In this document: one piece after another, positions 1-9,897 of the stretch | How the letters are laid out: each line of letters begins with the position of its first letter | Position numbering within the stretch: position 1 is the first letter of the stretch | IMG/VR virus record: IMGVR_UViG_3300025684_000016 | Location: 1 to 64,000 of that record | Direction: 5' to 3' (one strand) | Source: a virus | DNA length: 64,000 nt | Program-made: the position numbers and the translations under genes | Notes under the pieces: model-generated | Databases searched by the model: none | What the model saw: only the letters and a program-made list of their open reading frames with translations | What the model was told of the DNA's origin: nothing

Positions 1-108
1 ACATATAGAAATTCTTTGATTTTTTTCTTCTTGTGTACAGTAATCCGTTTCTTCGTTTGTTATCACATTATAAGTAATACCATTTTCTATATGTGTTTCT
101 GTTTTCAT
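1..108 (-). CDS. Partial hypothetical protein running off the window start (MKTETHIENGITYNVITNEETDYCTQEEKNQRISIC...)
   Basis: Manual translation: ATG at 108, 1 nt after the stop of 110..685, and open to position 1. Confidence 0.6.
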   Translation of the reverse strand, partial: MKTETHIENGITYNVITNEETDYCTQEEKNQRISIC

Positions 109-109
109 A

Positions 110-685
110 TTATTCTTCGTACCAAATATTAATATCTGTTATTTTTACATTGTGACCCACTCCACTACCTTGACACGCAGTTGAGTGGTATATACCAGCA
201 AGTTGACCATTTTCATCTCTTCTTCTCTTCATTATAAAAATTTTAGGGTCACCTAAATGGAATCCACTATGATAGAAATTATTACTACTATTATCACATG
301 CATGTACTCTACTGTGTGATTGAAACTGTGTATGTCCCCATGAATTGGTTGATCTACTTTCTGAAAAGAAATCATTTTGATTACTGTCGTAACCGTGTAA
401 ATTACCAGTAAAGGGACCTGGCCCCCAACCACTACTATGGTTAAATGACCAACAAGACGCATACCCATTGATAATAAACCTACACGATATTCTATTCCAA
501 TCAATAGTGTCTTTTAATTCAATATAAACCGCAGAACTATCACATCCCGCAACCGTTTTGTATCCCTCAAACACATATTGACCGTCAACATCGGCTGAAA
601 AGGTTTGTTGTGTGTTATGAACCGTAACTGAACTGATCATCGACGCATCTACTTTAGTTGATTTTGGTCCTCTCTTACTCGACAT
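110..685 (-). CDS. Hypothetical protein, probably tail-fibre associated
   Basis: 191-aa ORF whose start overlaps the stop of the tail-fibre gene; no recognised motif. Confidence 0.6.
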   Translation of the reverse strand: MSSKRGPKSTKVDASMISSVTVHNTQQTFSADVDGQYVFEGYKTVAGCDSSAVYIELKDTIDWNRISCRFIINGYASCWSFNHSSGWGPGPFTGNLHGYDSNQNDFFSESRSTNSWGHTQFQSHSRVHACDNSSNNFYHSGFHLGDPKIFIMKRRRDENGQLAGIYHSTACQGSGVGHNVKITDINIWYEE

Positions 686-3600
686 TATTTTTTGGTTAAT
701 TTTTTTTCTAATTCTTCAACTCTATTAAGAAGTTCTTTATTTGCTTCAATTAGTAATGCTGTTAATTTTTCATATCTAACACCTTTATACCCATCGTTTC
801 TTGTACTAACCAATTCAGGTAATACCTCTTCTATTTCTTGTGCAATAACACCAACATCATGACCTTCGTTCTTAGATTGTTCATTCCAATCAAACTCGTA
901 ACCACCAATCAATTTAATTTTATCAAGTGGATTAAGTATTGGTTTGATATTATCTTTTAATCTCTTATCCGATGAATGATATGCAATTACATCACCTTTA
1001 ACATGTAGAGTATCATCTACCGTAACCGTACCCGACGCATTAACCGTTAAGATTGGGACTCCTGATATATCTGAAACCTCAAATATGTCTCCTGTCATAT
1101 CATCCGATATCGAGAATAATGGTCCTTGTGTTCCATGTACCTCAAATACTGTCGCTCCGGCAGTTGTACCTTCAACATACAATGGTGTCGATGATGGTGA
1201 AGTTGTGTCTCCTTGACCAATAGATAAAGATTTTTTAATATTCGCTCTACCATCAGTGGTAAGTGCCATTGCACCTTGGTTGTCTGTATCACTACTTGTT
1301 CCCCACCAAAAACCCCTATCCGATGATGCATTCATTTGGAATGACATTGCGTAGTCATTACCGAGATGACCAAATTGATATCCACTCTTCATACCAATGG
1401 TGTATGCCCCATCAGTCCAAACTCTAATTTTATCCCTTGTTTGAGATCCGTTACCATCAATTAAACCAATATTGTAACGTGTGGAATTTGAGAACACATC
1501 AGGTAAAGTACCTGTTGTCATGTTACTTGCATTAAGGGTTGACGACGATGTTAAGTGACCTACTTGTGAGTAAGTGTATGCCGTATTCCAATTACCCGAA
1601 TTACCACCAGTGGCAGTAATGACATTCGCTATAAAGTCCTCGTAACCTGTTCCAGGATTATTTCTAATTGCTATTCTACCGCTAGCTTCCATCATAATAC
1701 TCGACGCAACAACACCAGACCAATGGAACGCCAATGTAGGTGCTCCATCTATTGCTGTATTACTTCCCGCACCATTGTTTTCTCTTATTTGATAATTATT
1801 TTGGTAGGAAGTTCCTGAAGAGTTAGATTGTATATACCCAAGACCGTAAAGATTAGTACTACTTGTGGCGGTTGTTGCATTTCCTGATAATGCTCCTACA
1901 AATGTTGCAGCTTGTACTGATGCATTATTTGTTCCTCCATCAGAATCAAAATGGAATCTACCCGCTCCGTTAGCATCATCATATCTAATGAAATCATTAT
2001 TTTGAAATTGAATTTTTGCTGAAGATCCTATTATTAACGTGTTAACAGTCAACTGTGTTGCTTCATCAGCCTCATCACTTCTTAAGAACTGAGTTGAGTC
2101 TAATAAGTCTAAAGTATCAGCATTACCACCATTTGGTGATGTTATATAACCAGCACCTGCGTGGTCACCCCATCCATATGCTGTGTCCCAATTTCCATTA
2201 TTATAAGAAGATGAATTACTATGTATAACCTCACTTAGTGTTAAACCTGTCCCACTTGTTGCATCTTTATACCCTATCATTACACCACCATTGTACGGTG
2301 CTTGAAGTATTACCTTATCTGTTGAGTCATTAGAAACTCCTATTACAAAGTTGTTTGCTTCACCTGATGTGTTACCATAACCATATGAATGAAATTGTAT
2401 GAAACCATAATCTGAAGGATCATTAATATTTGTACCGTCTTTTTCTGACTCAAAGAATATTCCACTTCTACCTATACTATCTCCTTTTAATATTATGTTA
2501 GTACCCGCACTTTGGTAATAACCCATGTCAGTAGCTCCTGAATCTACAGACCCTGCAATGGTTAGTCCACCTGTTAAAGTTCCACCTCCGATTGGTAAAT
2601 CATCGTCCTGTGAAGTTAAGTAACCAGCACTTGCGTGGTTACCCCATCCGTATGCGGTATTCCAATTACTGTCATTGTAACCCGATGCGGATAATGTACC
2701 ACTTGCGGCAATATCTCCAGTACTACCATCAAGCCAAATTCTTGCATCACCATCAGCGGCGACGTACATACCCCAACCACTTCCACTTGCGACTCCCATA
2801 AATGAAGCATCAGCCCTTGTATATCCAATACCATACATATTACCAAGAGTCGTTACCGCTGGAAGGTAAGAGGTACCAATAGTGAATATAGGGTTTGTTG
2901 CCGTTGCACTTGCACCTATATTATTATAACCACCCACTAAGTATCCATTATTGTGGGCACTTCTTCCAATATTTCCTGACATCACTCCACCCGCAAGTGG
3001 AAGTTTAGTTGCAATGGAAGTTGTGATCGTCGTTGCGAAGTTTGGATCATCTCCAAGTGCCGCGGCCAATTCATTAAGTGTATCTAAAGTACCTGGTGCG
3101 GAAGCAATAAGGTTATCTATTTGTGTTCCAACATATGTTTCAGTTGCATAACCACTTAAATCTTGGTCACCAGTATATCCAGCTAACGAATGATCTCCCC
3201 ATCCATATGCCGTCACACCATTTGCAACATCTGTTGTTGTGAAGTCACCTGCATGATGTACACGATTACCATTAACTTGTAATCTGTTATCACCTCTTGT
3301 AATATTTACAAGACCATTATGATCAATCGATATTGCGGTTTTTGAACCAGTAGCATAACTGTCGGTGGTTGCGATGTACATTTTTGTACCATAAGAACCA
3401 TCAGACTTTACATATATACCCGCTTGTGCATTATTTGCATCAGATGAGTTGAATGTAATTGCACCACCCGCATGGTCGGTATTAACACTCATTAAATGAA
3501 TATTACCTTCACCTAAACCTGGTGTGGTTGCATTCCATACATCAGAACCATTAGAGTGTGTTCTCCTCCCTCTTGCGGTTACAGTTGATAACGTATCGGT

Positions 3601-6600
3601 TTCACTATATCCTGTGATGTAACCAACACTTGCATGGTTACCCCATCCAAATGATGTCACACCATTTGCAACGTCTGTTGTTGAAAAGTCACCAGCATGA
3701 TGTATTCTATTGTCATTTAAATACGCAAGACCCGCTGTTGTAGTTATTTCGAATAGTGGTGTACCTAAGTTATCAATTGTTGGTATTGTTGAGTTCGCTG
3801 TTCCGTGAACCTTAAAGGAATTATCCTGATCGTCTATACCTAATGCCCAAGAAGCATCTCCGTGTTCTGTAAATCCAATCTGTGGACTACCATTCACACC
3901 GGTATTAATTACAATTTCACCTTCGTTGTTTACTGTGGATTTACCAAAGTAATTTAAATCATTACTAAATCTTACTGAAGTTGCTGTTGTAGCCCCTCTT
4001 GCTGTTACAGTTGCTAAAGTATCAACTTCACTATATCCTGTTATGTATCCTGCACTTGCGTGATCTCCCCAACTATAGGCAGTACCCCAATTATTTATTT
4101 CTGTTTGGTTGAAGTTACTATCTGTCCATATTTTATACCAAGTAACGTTGTTAGTGTTTTGTATTGTGTTACCATGAAAAAGTTCATTACCATTATAAGA
4201 TTGTAGTAAAGCTCCGTATCCACCACCAGCATCTCTTCTACCTAATATATGATAGTAACCGTGTGTGTTAGTAAGAGGGTTTTGGTAACTTGTGGGTTGG
4301 ATCATTGTGGAATATCCACTTGGTTTGTTATAATCCTCTAAAACACTAAATACAAGTGTTGACTGAACCATCTTATTTAATCGAAGACTATCTCTTTCCG
4401 AAGTGTATATTGGGTCGGTTTCGCTATATCCTGTAATGTAACCAGCACTTGCATGATCTCCCCACCCATATGATGTATTCCAATTGGATACATTCGTAGA
4501 TGTAAAATCACCTGTGGTCCAAACATCTTCATAAGAAGAGTACGCTGTTGCCGAACCGTAAGTTTGTTGCCAAATCCTCATACCAATACCTGACTTCTTA
4601 AACATTACTAAGTTGTCAGCACCACCCGATGTATCAGCATAAGATCGTAAGTGTAAGAAATCCGCGTAAGGGCCTGAATTATTATTATCCCATGACGTAA
4701 ACCCAAATTTCATCAGATTTGCACTGAGTTCACTTGGTGAGATAGTTCTATTATCTTGTGCCAATAATGTACCTGAATAACCACTAATGTTAGTTACTGA
4801 AGTAAGATATCTACCATCTAAATCAACGGTAAATGTATCTCCACCATTATTTCTTGTAAATGTGATAACACCGTTACCACTATTAAAAGTAGCCCCTGTA
4901 ACAAATTCATTTGTATCTGTAAATCCTGTAATATAACCTTCCGTTGAATGGTCACCCCACCCATATGCTGTATTCCAATTACTATCATTATAACCTGATG
5001 CTGATAATGTACCCGTTACAGTAACATCCGTATAGAAAGTAGATGTTGTGTCATTTATAAAGACACCATTTACCCCGTTACCTAAAGTTGTGTTTACACC
5101 TATTCTAACACCACCGTCTCCGAAGTTGTGAAGATATATTGGGTTGGTATTCCTATTACCTAACACACCAAATCCACTTACATTTAAATCGTCCACCCCT
5201 GGATTGGTATTATTGGTGGTTGTGAACTCACCCCATGTTGTGGTAAGTTTCCCAACTGTTATGTCGTTAGATGTGGTTGCTCCTCTTGTTGTTACACTAT
5301 CTAAAGTATCAACTTCACTATATCCTGTGATGTATCCAGCACTTGCATGGTTACCCCATCCGTATGCTGTATTCCAATTCGATATATTAGTATCGGTTAT
5401 TCCCGCTGAAGGTGATGCCGTAAATATCGGATCCGTCTCTGTAAATGATGTTAAGTAATTTGAATCATTAGTGAACATTGATATGTTACCTGTGACATTA
5501 CTTAAAACTCTACCACTACTTAATACTTGAGTTCCTCCGATTTGTAAACCAAATGCCGCGTTAACACCAGTGTCATCCAATATTTGGAAGTGTATTTTAT
5601 TACTATCCTCAGGTTCGTAAAAGTCTAAACCTTCAGGTGTTGCTTTGATTGCCATATCAACACCAACATCTGAAGTTCCGTTAAATAAAATCTCAGGGTT
5701 AGTACTGTTAAGTGTTAAATTACCTGTAAGAGTTCCTCCACCCAATTGTAGGTATCTATTGTCAATATCTACAGTCCACGTACCACCATCACTTCTTGTT
5801 CCTGTAATGACTCCGTTACCAGTATTAAATGTTGCTCCTGTTGTATACCAATTCACATCAGTATCAATTGCAAAACCTGAAACATCTACAGTACTACCAT
5901 CTGATTTGGTAAGTGTTAATATTTGTGTTCCTGATGCATATGTACCACCTGTAACAGTAACATCTGTTAAGGTCTCCAACATTTGGACATTATAAGTGTC
6001 CCCATCATTTCTTGTGAAAGTTAAGGTTGCAGTTGCCGCAGTCCATGTTACTCCTGTGGTGTATTCGTCATTATAACTTGTTAAATACCCTTCAGTAGAA
6101 TGATCACCCCATCCATATGCTGTATTCCACTGAGATGAGTTACCATTACTTGTAACGGATATTTGTGCTGGAAAGGTTGATGTACCATCCGCTTTATTTA
6201 TATGTGCAACATTCCTATCTAACCAACCATTACCTTGCCAATTATTAGGTGAAGAGTTTATTTCTAATCCTTGTTCTGCATTTATGTAAACATATTCATT
6301 TGTCTGTCCTGTTGCGTAAGAGTGAGATTCACCACCGTTTAAAACAAGTTGTTGACCACTCCCTCTTATGTATCCATTTACAATTAAGTCACCTGTAATT
6401 GTTCCACCCGACAGTGGTAAGTATTTACCATCAATATCAACCGTGAATGTATCTCCACCATTGTTTCTTGTGAATGTAATAATACCCGTAGTACTATTGA
6501 AAGTGGCACCCGTTGTAAATTCATTTGTATCTGTAAATGACGTAATGTATCCTTCTTGTGAATGGTCTCCCCATCCATATGCTGTATTCCAATTAGATAT

Positions 6601-9600
6601 ATTAGTATCGGTTATTCCCGCTGAAGGTGATGCCGTAAAGATTGGGTCCGTTTCTGTGAATGACGTAAGGTATCTACCATCTAAATCAACGGTAAATGTA
6701 TCTCCACCATTATTTCTTGTGAATGTAACAACACCATTACCACTATTGAAAGTCGCTCCCGTTGTAAATTCATTTGTATTTGTAAATCCTGTTATATACC
6801 CAACACTTGCGTGGTCACCCCATCCATATGCCGTGTTCCACTGAGATGAGTTACCACCCGTTGCGTTTATTATACCTGTTACACTAACACCTGTACTATC
6901 GGTCGTAAATTTAACAACGTTATTATGTCTTAAAGTAACACCCGCGTTTTCAGTATATTGAATACCTACCTCACCATTTGTACCACCAATATTAAGAACT
7001 GTGGATCCTTGTATATTTAAAACACCCGTTCCATTATCTTTTATGTAACTGTTAGTTCCGTCGTGGTACATTTGAAGATCTCCCGAACCTCCGAATAATA
7101 CCTTTTTATTGTCGGTGAAAATTGCATCTTTTTGGAAATTAATATTTTGTTGACTACCATCCAAGAAAAAATACGTCACTTCCCCCGTACTCCCATCACT
7201 TCCTAAAAATTTAAGGTCCCCATTACGACTACCGACATTTAAATCACCATTGTAGTTGAATACGTATGAGTTAGTTCCATTGTGCCAAAGTCTCAAGTCA
7301 TTATCAGTCCCCAATTTAAGTTGGTCACTATCTAAGAATCTAACATCACCTGTAATTGTACCACCACTTAGTGGTAAGTGACCTACGGTTGAGTAAGTGT
7401 ATGCGGAATCCCAATTCGTAATATTGGTTTCTGTTATTCCCGCTGAAGGGGATGCAGTAAATATTGGGTCTGTTTCTGTAAATGAAGTTAAGTATCTTCC
7501 ATCAAGATCAACAGTAAATGTATCACCATCATTTCTTGTGTATGTTATTACACCATTAGTACTATTAAAAGTAGCCCCTGTTGTGTACTCATCATTATAT
7601 TCTGTTAAGTAACTACCACTATTAGACTCTAATGAATCTAACCTACCATCAACTAAATTATAATTTGTGGTTCCTGTAATATCAATTTGTACAGAACCAC
7701 TAACGACTGTTTCAGTGTTTAATTTTGATTTTACTCCACCTAAGAAGTGTGCCGATCCCGTGTCAAGTGTTAAACTTCTACTCGTATCAATACTCCCTCC
7801 ACCACTTAGACCTTTACCACTACCAATAGTAATACTTGAGTGATCAATGTGTTCGTTTGCTACAAAGTTTGTTGTTGAATCGTGATCTATTTGTATAGAA
7901 CCACTTATTACACCTTCAGTGTTTAATTTACTTTTTATAGTAGTGTTTATACTACTCGTAAATGAGTTAAGTGATGAGGTTGATAATTCAATTCTATCTA
8001 ACCTATCATCATTTGATGATGTGAATGAATTTAAATCACCAACTAAAACAATACCATCTTCACTTCCTTTAACACCCGCTTTCCATTTATTGTCTGTACC
8101 ATCCCATATTAAAGAACCTGATAATATACCAGGTGATGTAACATCTCTTACTTCAATACCACCGTTAGCGGCACCACTACCATTTAATGAGATTACGTTG
8201 TCAGAAACCTCAACAGTTGTGGAATTAACTCTCGTTTCTGTTCCCTTTACTAATAAATTACCTTTTATTGTAACGTTCGAACCTGTTAGTTCAATTGCCG
8301 TTTCAGTATCATCTTTAAAATCAACTAAATCTTCAACTCTACTGTCATTTGATGCTGTATATGTGTTTAACGCCGATCTTACGGAACCACTTTCAGTTTC
8401 TAATGAACCGACTTGTCCTTCTAATGTTGATAAATCACTGTCGATTAAATAACTTCCTGTTTGTGACTCAATTGAATCTACCCTACTATCGTTTGATGAT
8501 GTATATGTGTTTAATGTAGACCTTACCGACCCACTTTCAATTTCTAACAAATCTAACCTACCATCATGTGATCCACTTGTGGTTTCTAATGAACCTACTC
8601 TACCATCATTTGATGATGTATATGTGTTTAATGTTGTTCTTACCGACCCACTTTCTGTCTCTAAGGATCCTACTTTACCCTCTAACGTAGATAAATCACT
8701 ATCAACTAAAAAACTACCTGTTTTCGACTCAATCGAATCAACTCTAATATTGTTTGATGAAGTATATGTATTTAATGTTGTTCTTACCGATCCACTCTCC
8801 GTTTCTAAGGAACCAATGATGGTATCGATTGATGATGAGAAAGAATTAAATGATACAGAACCACTTAATATACCTTCTTTCCAAGTTGGGACTCCACTTA
8901 AAGTAACAAGTGTTTTATTATCACTTGCTGTTGTTGTTGGTAATCCACCACCGACAGTCGCAGTTACATAACCAATTTGTGGAGAAGCAAAGGACACAAC
9001 TAATTGTGTTGTACTTACCGCTTCAATATTTTGTGGGATAATAACGTTGTTGTTACTATCAAATACCATAATAGATGGGTACTTTTCACCTAATCCATGG
9101 TTGAATGTCCATGTACTACTTGGTGTTGTTACCTCAATAAACTTTGTACTACCATCACCACCACCACTTTCAGATGCTACACCATCTAAATATATTTTTG
9201 CAATACCTGTTGAGGTATCTCCCTCGACTTTAATTCCTGTGGATTCATCGAAATGAATTTTTGTGAATAAACCGTTGTAATTTGTGGATGTGTGACTTGA
9301 CCCCGAAATGTTAACTGGAACATTTGTTAAACCTAATCCACTACCCGTTATTTCTGTTGCTGTTAGAGATCCGTCAATGACCGTATTAACGTTTATATCA
9401 AGTTGTTCCGCAGTGATTGCAGCAACTGCACCATCTGAAGATATTTGATCTAAACTAAGACCGACCACTCCTGATGCAGGAATGTTATATAACTCTGAAC
9501 CGTCACCTATAAATGATGAACTAACAACCGACGCGGTTAAAGCACCGACTAAGTCAATTGAACCCGTGTTTTGGGTGTTCGTAGTTATGATTTCTTCAAT

Positions 9601-9741
9601 CGAAGGTCCTAATGAACCCGATTTGGCAAAGAATAATTTCCCATCCGCCGTGTTTACTGATAATTCACCAAGTTGTAGTTGTGAATTAATTGGTACCCTT
9701 CCGGATACCGCGCTTCTACGCAGTTTAACTGTCTGTCCCAT
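685..9741 (-). CDS. Long tail fibre / receptor-binding protein with C-terminal peptidase S74 intramolecular chaperone
   Basis: N-terminus KLRRSAVSGRVP..LQLGELSVNTADGKLF typical of fibre attachment domains; P2 gpH-like APGTLDTLNELAAALGDDPNFATT; C-terminal SDKRLKDNIKPI..GVIAQEIE..coiled coil; many internal repeats. Confidence 0.9.
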   Translation of the reverse strand: MGQTVKLRRSAVSGRVPINSQLQLGELSVNTADGKLFFAKSGSLGPSIEEIITTNTQNTGSIDLVGALTASVVSSSFIGDGSELYNIPASGVVGLSLDQISSDGAVAAITAEQLDINVNTVIDGSLTATEITGSGLGLTNVPVNISGSSHTSTNYNGLFTKIHFDESTGIKVEGDTSTGIAKIYLDGVASESGGGDGSTKFIEVTTPSSTWTFNHGLGEKYPSIMVFDSNNNVIIPQNIEAVSTTQLVVSFASPQIGYVTATVGGGLPTTTASDNKTLVTLSGVPTWKEGILSGSVSFNSFSSSIDTIIGSLETESGSVRTTLNTYTSSNNIRVDSIESKTGSFLVDSDLSTLEGKVGSLETESGSVRTTLNTYTSSNDGRVGSLETTSGSHDGRLDLLEIESGSVRSTLNTYTSSNDSRVDSIESQTGSYLIDSDLSTLEGQVGSLETESGSVRSALNTYTASNDSRVEDLVDFKDDTETAIELTGSNVTIKGNLLVKGTETRVNSTTVEVSDNVISLNGSGAANGGIEVRDVTSPGILSGSLIWDGTDNKWKAGVKGSEDGIVLVGDLNSFTSSNDDRLDRIELSTSSLNSFTSSINTTIKSKLNTEGVISGSIQIDHDSTTNFVANEHIDHSSITIGSGKGLSGGGSIDTSRSLTLDTGSAHFLGGVKSKLNTETVVSGSVQIDITGTTNYNLVDGRLDSLESNSGSYLTEYNDEYTTGATFNSTNGVITYTRNDGDTFTVDLDGRYLTSFTETDPIFTASPSAGITETNITNWDSAYTYSTVGHLPLSGGTITGDVRFLDSDQLKLGTDNDLRLWHNGTNSYVFNYNGDLNVGSRNGDLKFLGSDGSTGEVTYFFLDGSQQNINFQKDAIFTDNKKVLFGGSGDLQMYHDGTNSYIKDNGTGVLNIQGSTVLNIGGTNGEVGIQYTENAGVTLRHNNVVKFTTDSTGVSVTGIINATGGNSSQWNTAYGWGDHASVGYITGFTNTNEFTTGATFNSGNGVVTFTRNNGGDTFTVDLDGRYLTSFTETDPIFTASPSAGITDTNISNWNTAYGWGDHSQEGYITSFTDTNEFTTGATFNSTTGIITFTRNNGGDTFTVDIDGKYLPLSGGTITGDLIVNGYIRGSGQQLVLNGGESHSYATGQTNEYVYINAEQGLEINSSPNNWQGNGWLDRNVAHINKADGTSTFPAQISVTSNGNSSQWNTAYGWGDHSTEGYLTSYNDEYTTGVTWTAATATLTFTRNDGDTYNVQMLETLTDVTVTGGTYASGTQILTLTKSDGSTVDVSGFAIDTDVNWYTTGATFNTGNGVITGTRSDGGTWTVDIDNRYLQLGGGTLTGNLTLNSTNPEILFNGTSDVGVDMAIKATPEGLDFYEPEDSNKIHFQILDDTGVNAAFGLQIGGTQVLSSGRVLSNVTGNISMFTNDSNYLTSFTETDPIFTASPSAGITDTNISNWNTAYGWGNHASAGYITGYSEVDTLDSVTTRGATTSNDITVGKLTTTWGEFTTTNNTNPGVDDLNVSGFGVLGNRNTNPIYLHNFGDGGVRIGVNTTLGNGVNGVFINDTTSTFYTDVTVTGTLSASGYNDSNWNTAYGWGDHSTEGYITGFTDTNEFVTGATFNSGNGVITFTRNNGGDTFTVDLDGRYLTSVTNISGYSGTLLAQDNRTISPSELSANLMKFGFTSWDNNNSGPYADFLHLRSYADTSGGADNLVMFKKSGIGMRIWQQTYGSATAYSSYEDVWTTGDFTSTNVSNWNTSYGWGDHASAGYITGYSETDPIYTSERDSLRLNKMVQSTLVFSVLEDYNKPSGYSTMIQPTSYQNPLTNTHGYYHILGRRDAGGGYGALLQSYNGNELFHGNTIQNTNNVTWYKIWTDSNFNQTEINNWGTAYSWGDHASAGYITGYSEVDTLATVTARGATTATSVRFSNDLNYFGKSTVNNEGEIVINTGVNGSPQIGFTEHGDASWALGIDDQDNSFKVHGTANSTIPTIDNLGTPLFEITTTAGLAYLNDNRIHHAGDFSTTDVANGVTSFGWGNHASVGYITGYSETDTLSTVTARGRRTHSNGSDVWNATTPGLGEGNIHLMSVNTDHAGGAITFNSSDANNAQAGIYVKSDGSYGTKMYIATTDSYATGSKTAISIDHNGLVNITRGDNRLQVNGNRVHHAGDFTTTDVANGVTAYGWGDHSLAGYTGDQDLSGYATETYVGTQIDNLIASAPGTLDTLNELAAALGDDPNFATTITTSIATKLPLAGGVMSGNIGRSAHNNGYLVGGYNNIGASATATNPIFTIGTSYLPAVTTLGNMYGIGYTRADASFMGVASGSGWGMYVAADGDARIWLDGSTGDIAASGTLSASGYNDSNWNTAYGWGNHASAGYLTSQDDDLPIGGGTLTGGLTIAGSVDSGATDMGYYQSAGTNIILKGDSIGRSGIFFESEKDGTNINDPSDYGFIQFHSYGYGNTSGEANNFVIGVSNDSTDKVILQAPYNGGVMIGYKDATSGTGLTLSEVIHSNSSSYNNGNWDTAYGWGDHAGAGYITSPNGGNADTLDLLDSTQFLRSDEADEATQLTVNTLIIGSSAKIQFQNNDFIRYDDANGAGRFHFDSDGGTNNASVQAATFVGALSGNATTATSSTNLYGLGYIQSNSSGTSYQNNYQIRENNGAGSNTAIDGAPTLAFHWSGVVASSIMMEASGRIAIRNNPGTGYEDFIANVITATGGNSGNWNTAYTYSQVGHLTSSSTLNASNMTTGTLPDVFSNSTRYNIGLIDGNGSQTRDKIRVWTDGAYTIGMKSGYQFGHLGNDYAMSFQMNASSDRGFWWGTSSDTDNQGAMALTTDGRANIKKSLSIGQGDTTSPSSTPLYVEGTTAGATVFEVHGTQGPLFSISDDMTGDIFEVSDISGVPILTVNASGTVTVDDTLHVKGDVIAYHSSDKRLKDNIKPILNPLDKIKLIGGYEFDWNEQSKNEGHDVGVIAQEIEEVLPELVSTRNDGYKGVRYEKLTALLIEANKELLNRVEELEKKLTKK

Positions 9742-9805
9742 ATATATGGATCTCTATGTGTGTTTAAGTGGTATGTACCACCAGTTTATTTTACCTATAT
9801 AGGTA
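9737..9805 (-). promoter_or_regulatory. Three tandem 5-bp hairpins with A(U/C)AU loops in the tail-fibre leader; the last covers the AUG
   Basis: Minus-strand TACCT-ATAT-AGGTA (9792-9805), GTGGT-ACAT-ACCAC (9768-9781), TCCAT-ATAT-ATGGG (9737-9750). Confidence 0.55.
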
Positions 9806-9813
9806 TTATATTA

Positions 9814-9820
9814 ATAAATA
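9814..9820 (-). promoter_or_regulatory. Putative late promoter motif TATTTAT (one of 12 copies found upstream of starts)
   Basis: Same heptamer at 11924, 16487, 22065, 25831, 27840, 39285, 42669, 43580, 44762, 45407, 60548, each just upstream of a minus-strand start. Confidence 0.65.
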
Positions 9821-9839
9821 CTACGTTACTATGATATAT

Positions 9840-9871
9840 AAAAAAAATCCCTCGATTTCTCAAGGGATTTT
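9840..9871 (-). terminator. Intrinsic terminator after 9898..11892
   Basis: Minus strand AAAATCCCTTGA-GAAA-TCGAGGGATTTT followed by more Ts. Confidence 0.8.
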
Positions 9872-9897
9872 GTTAATTAATTATATGTTACTTTTGA

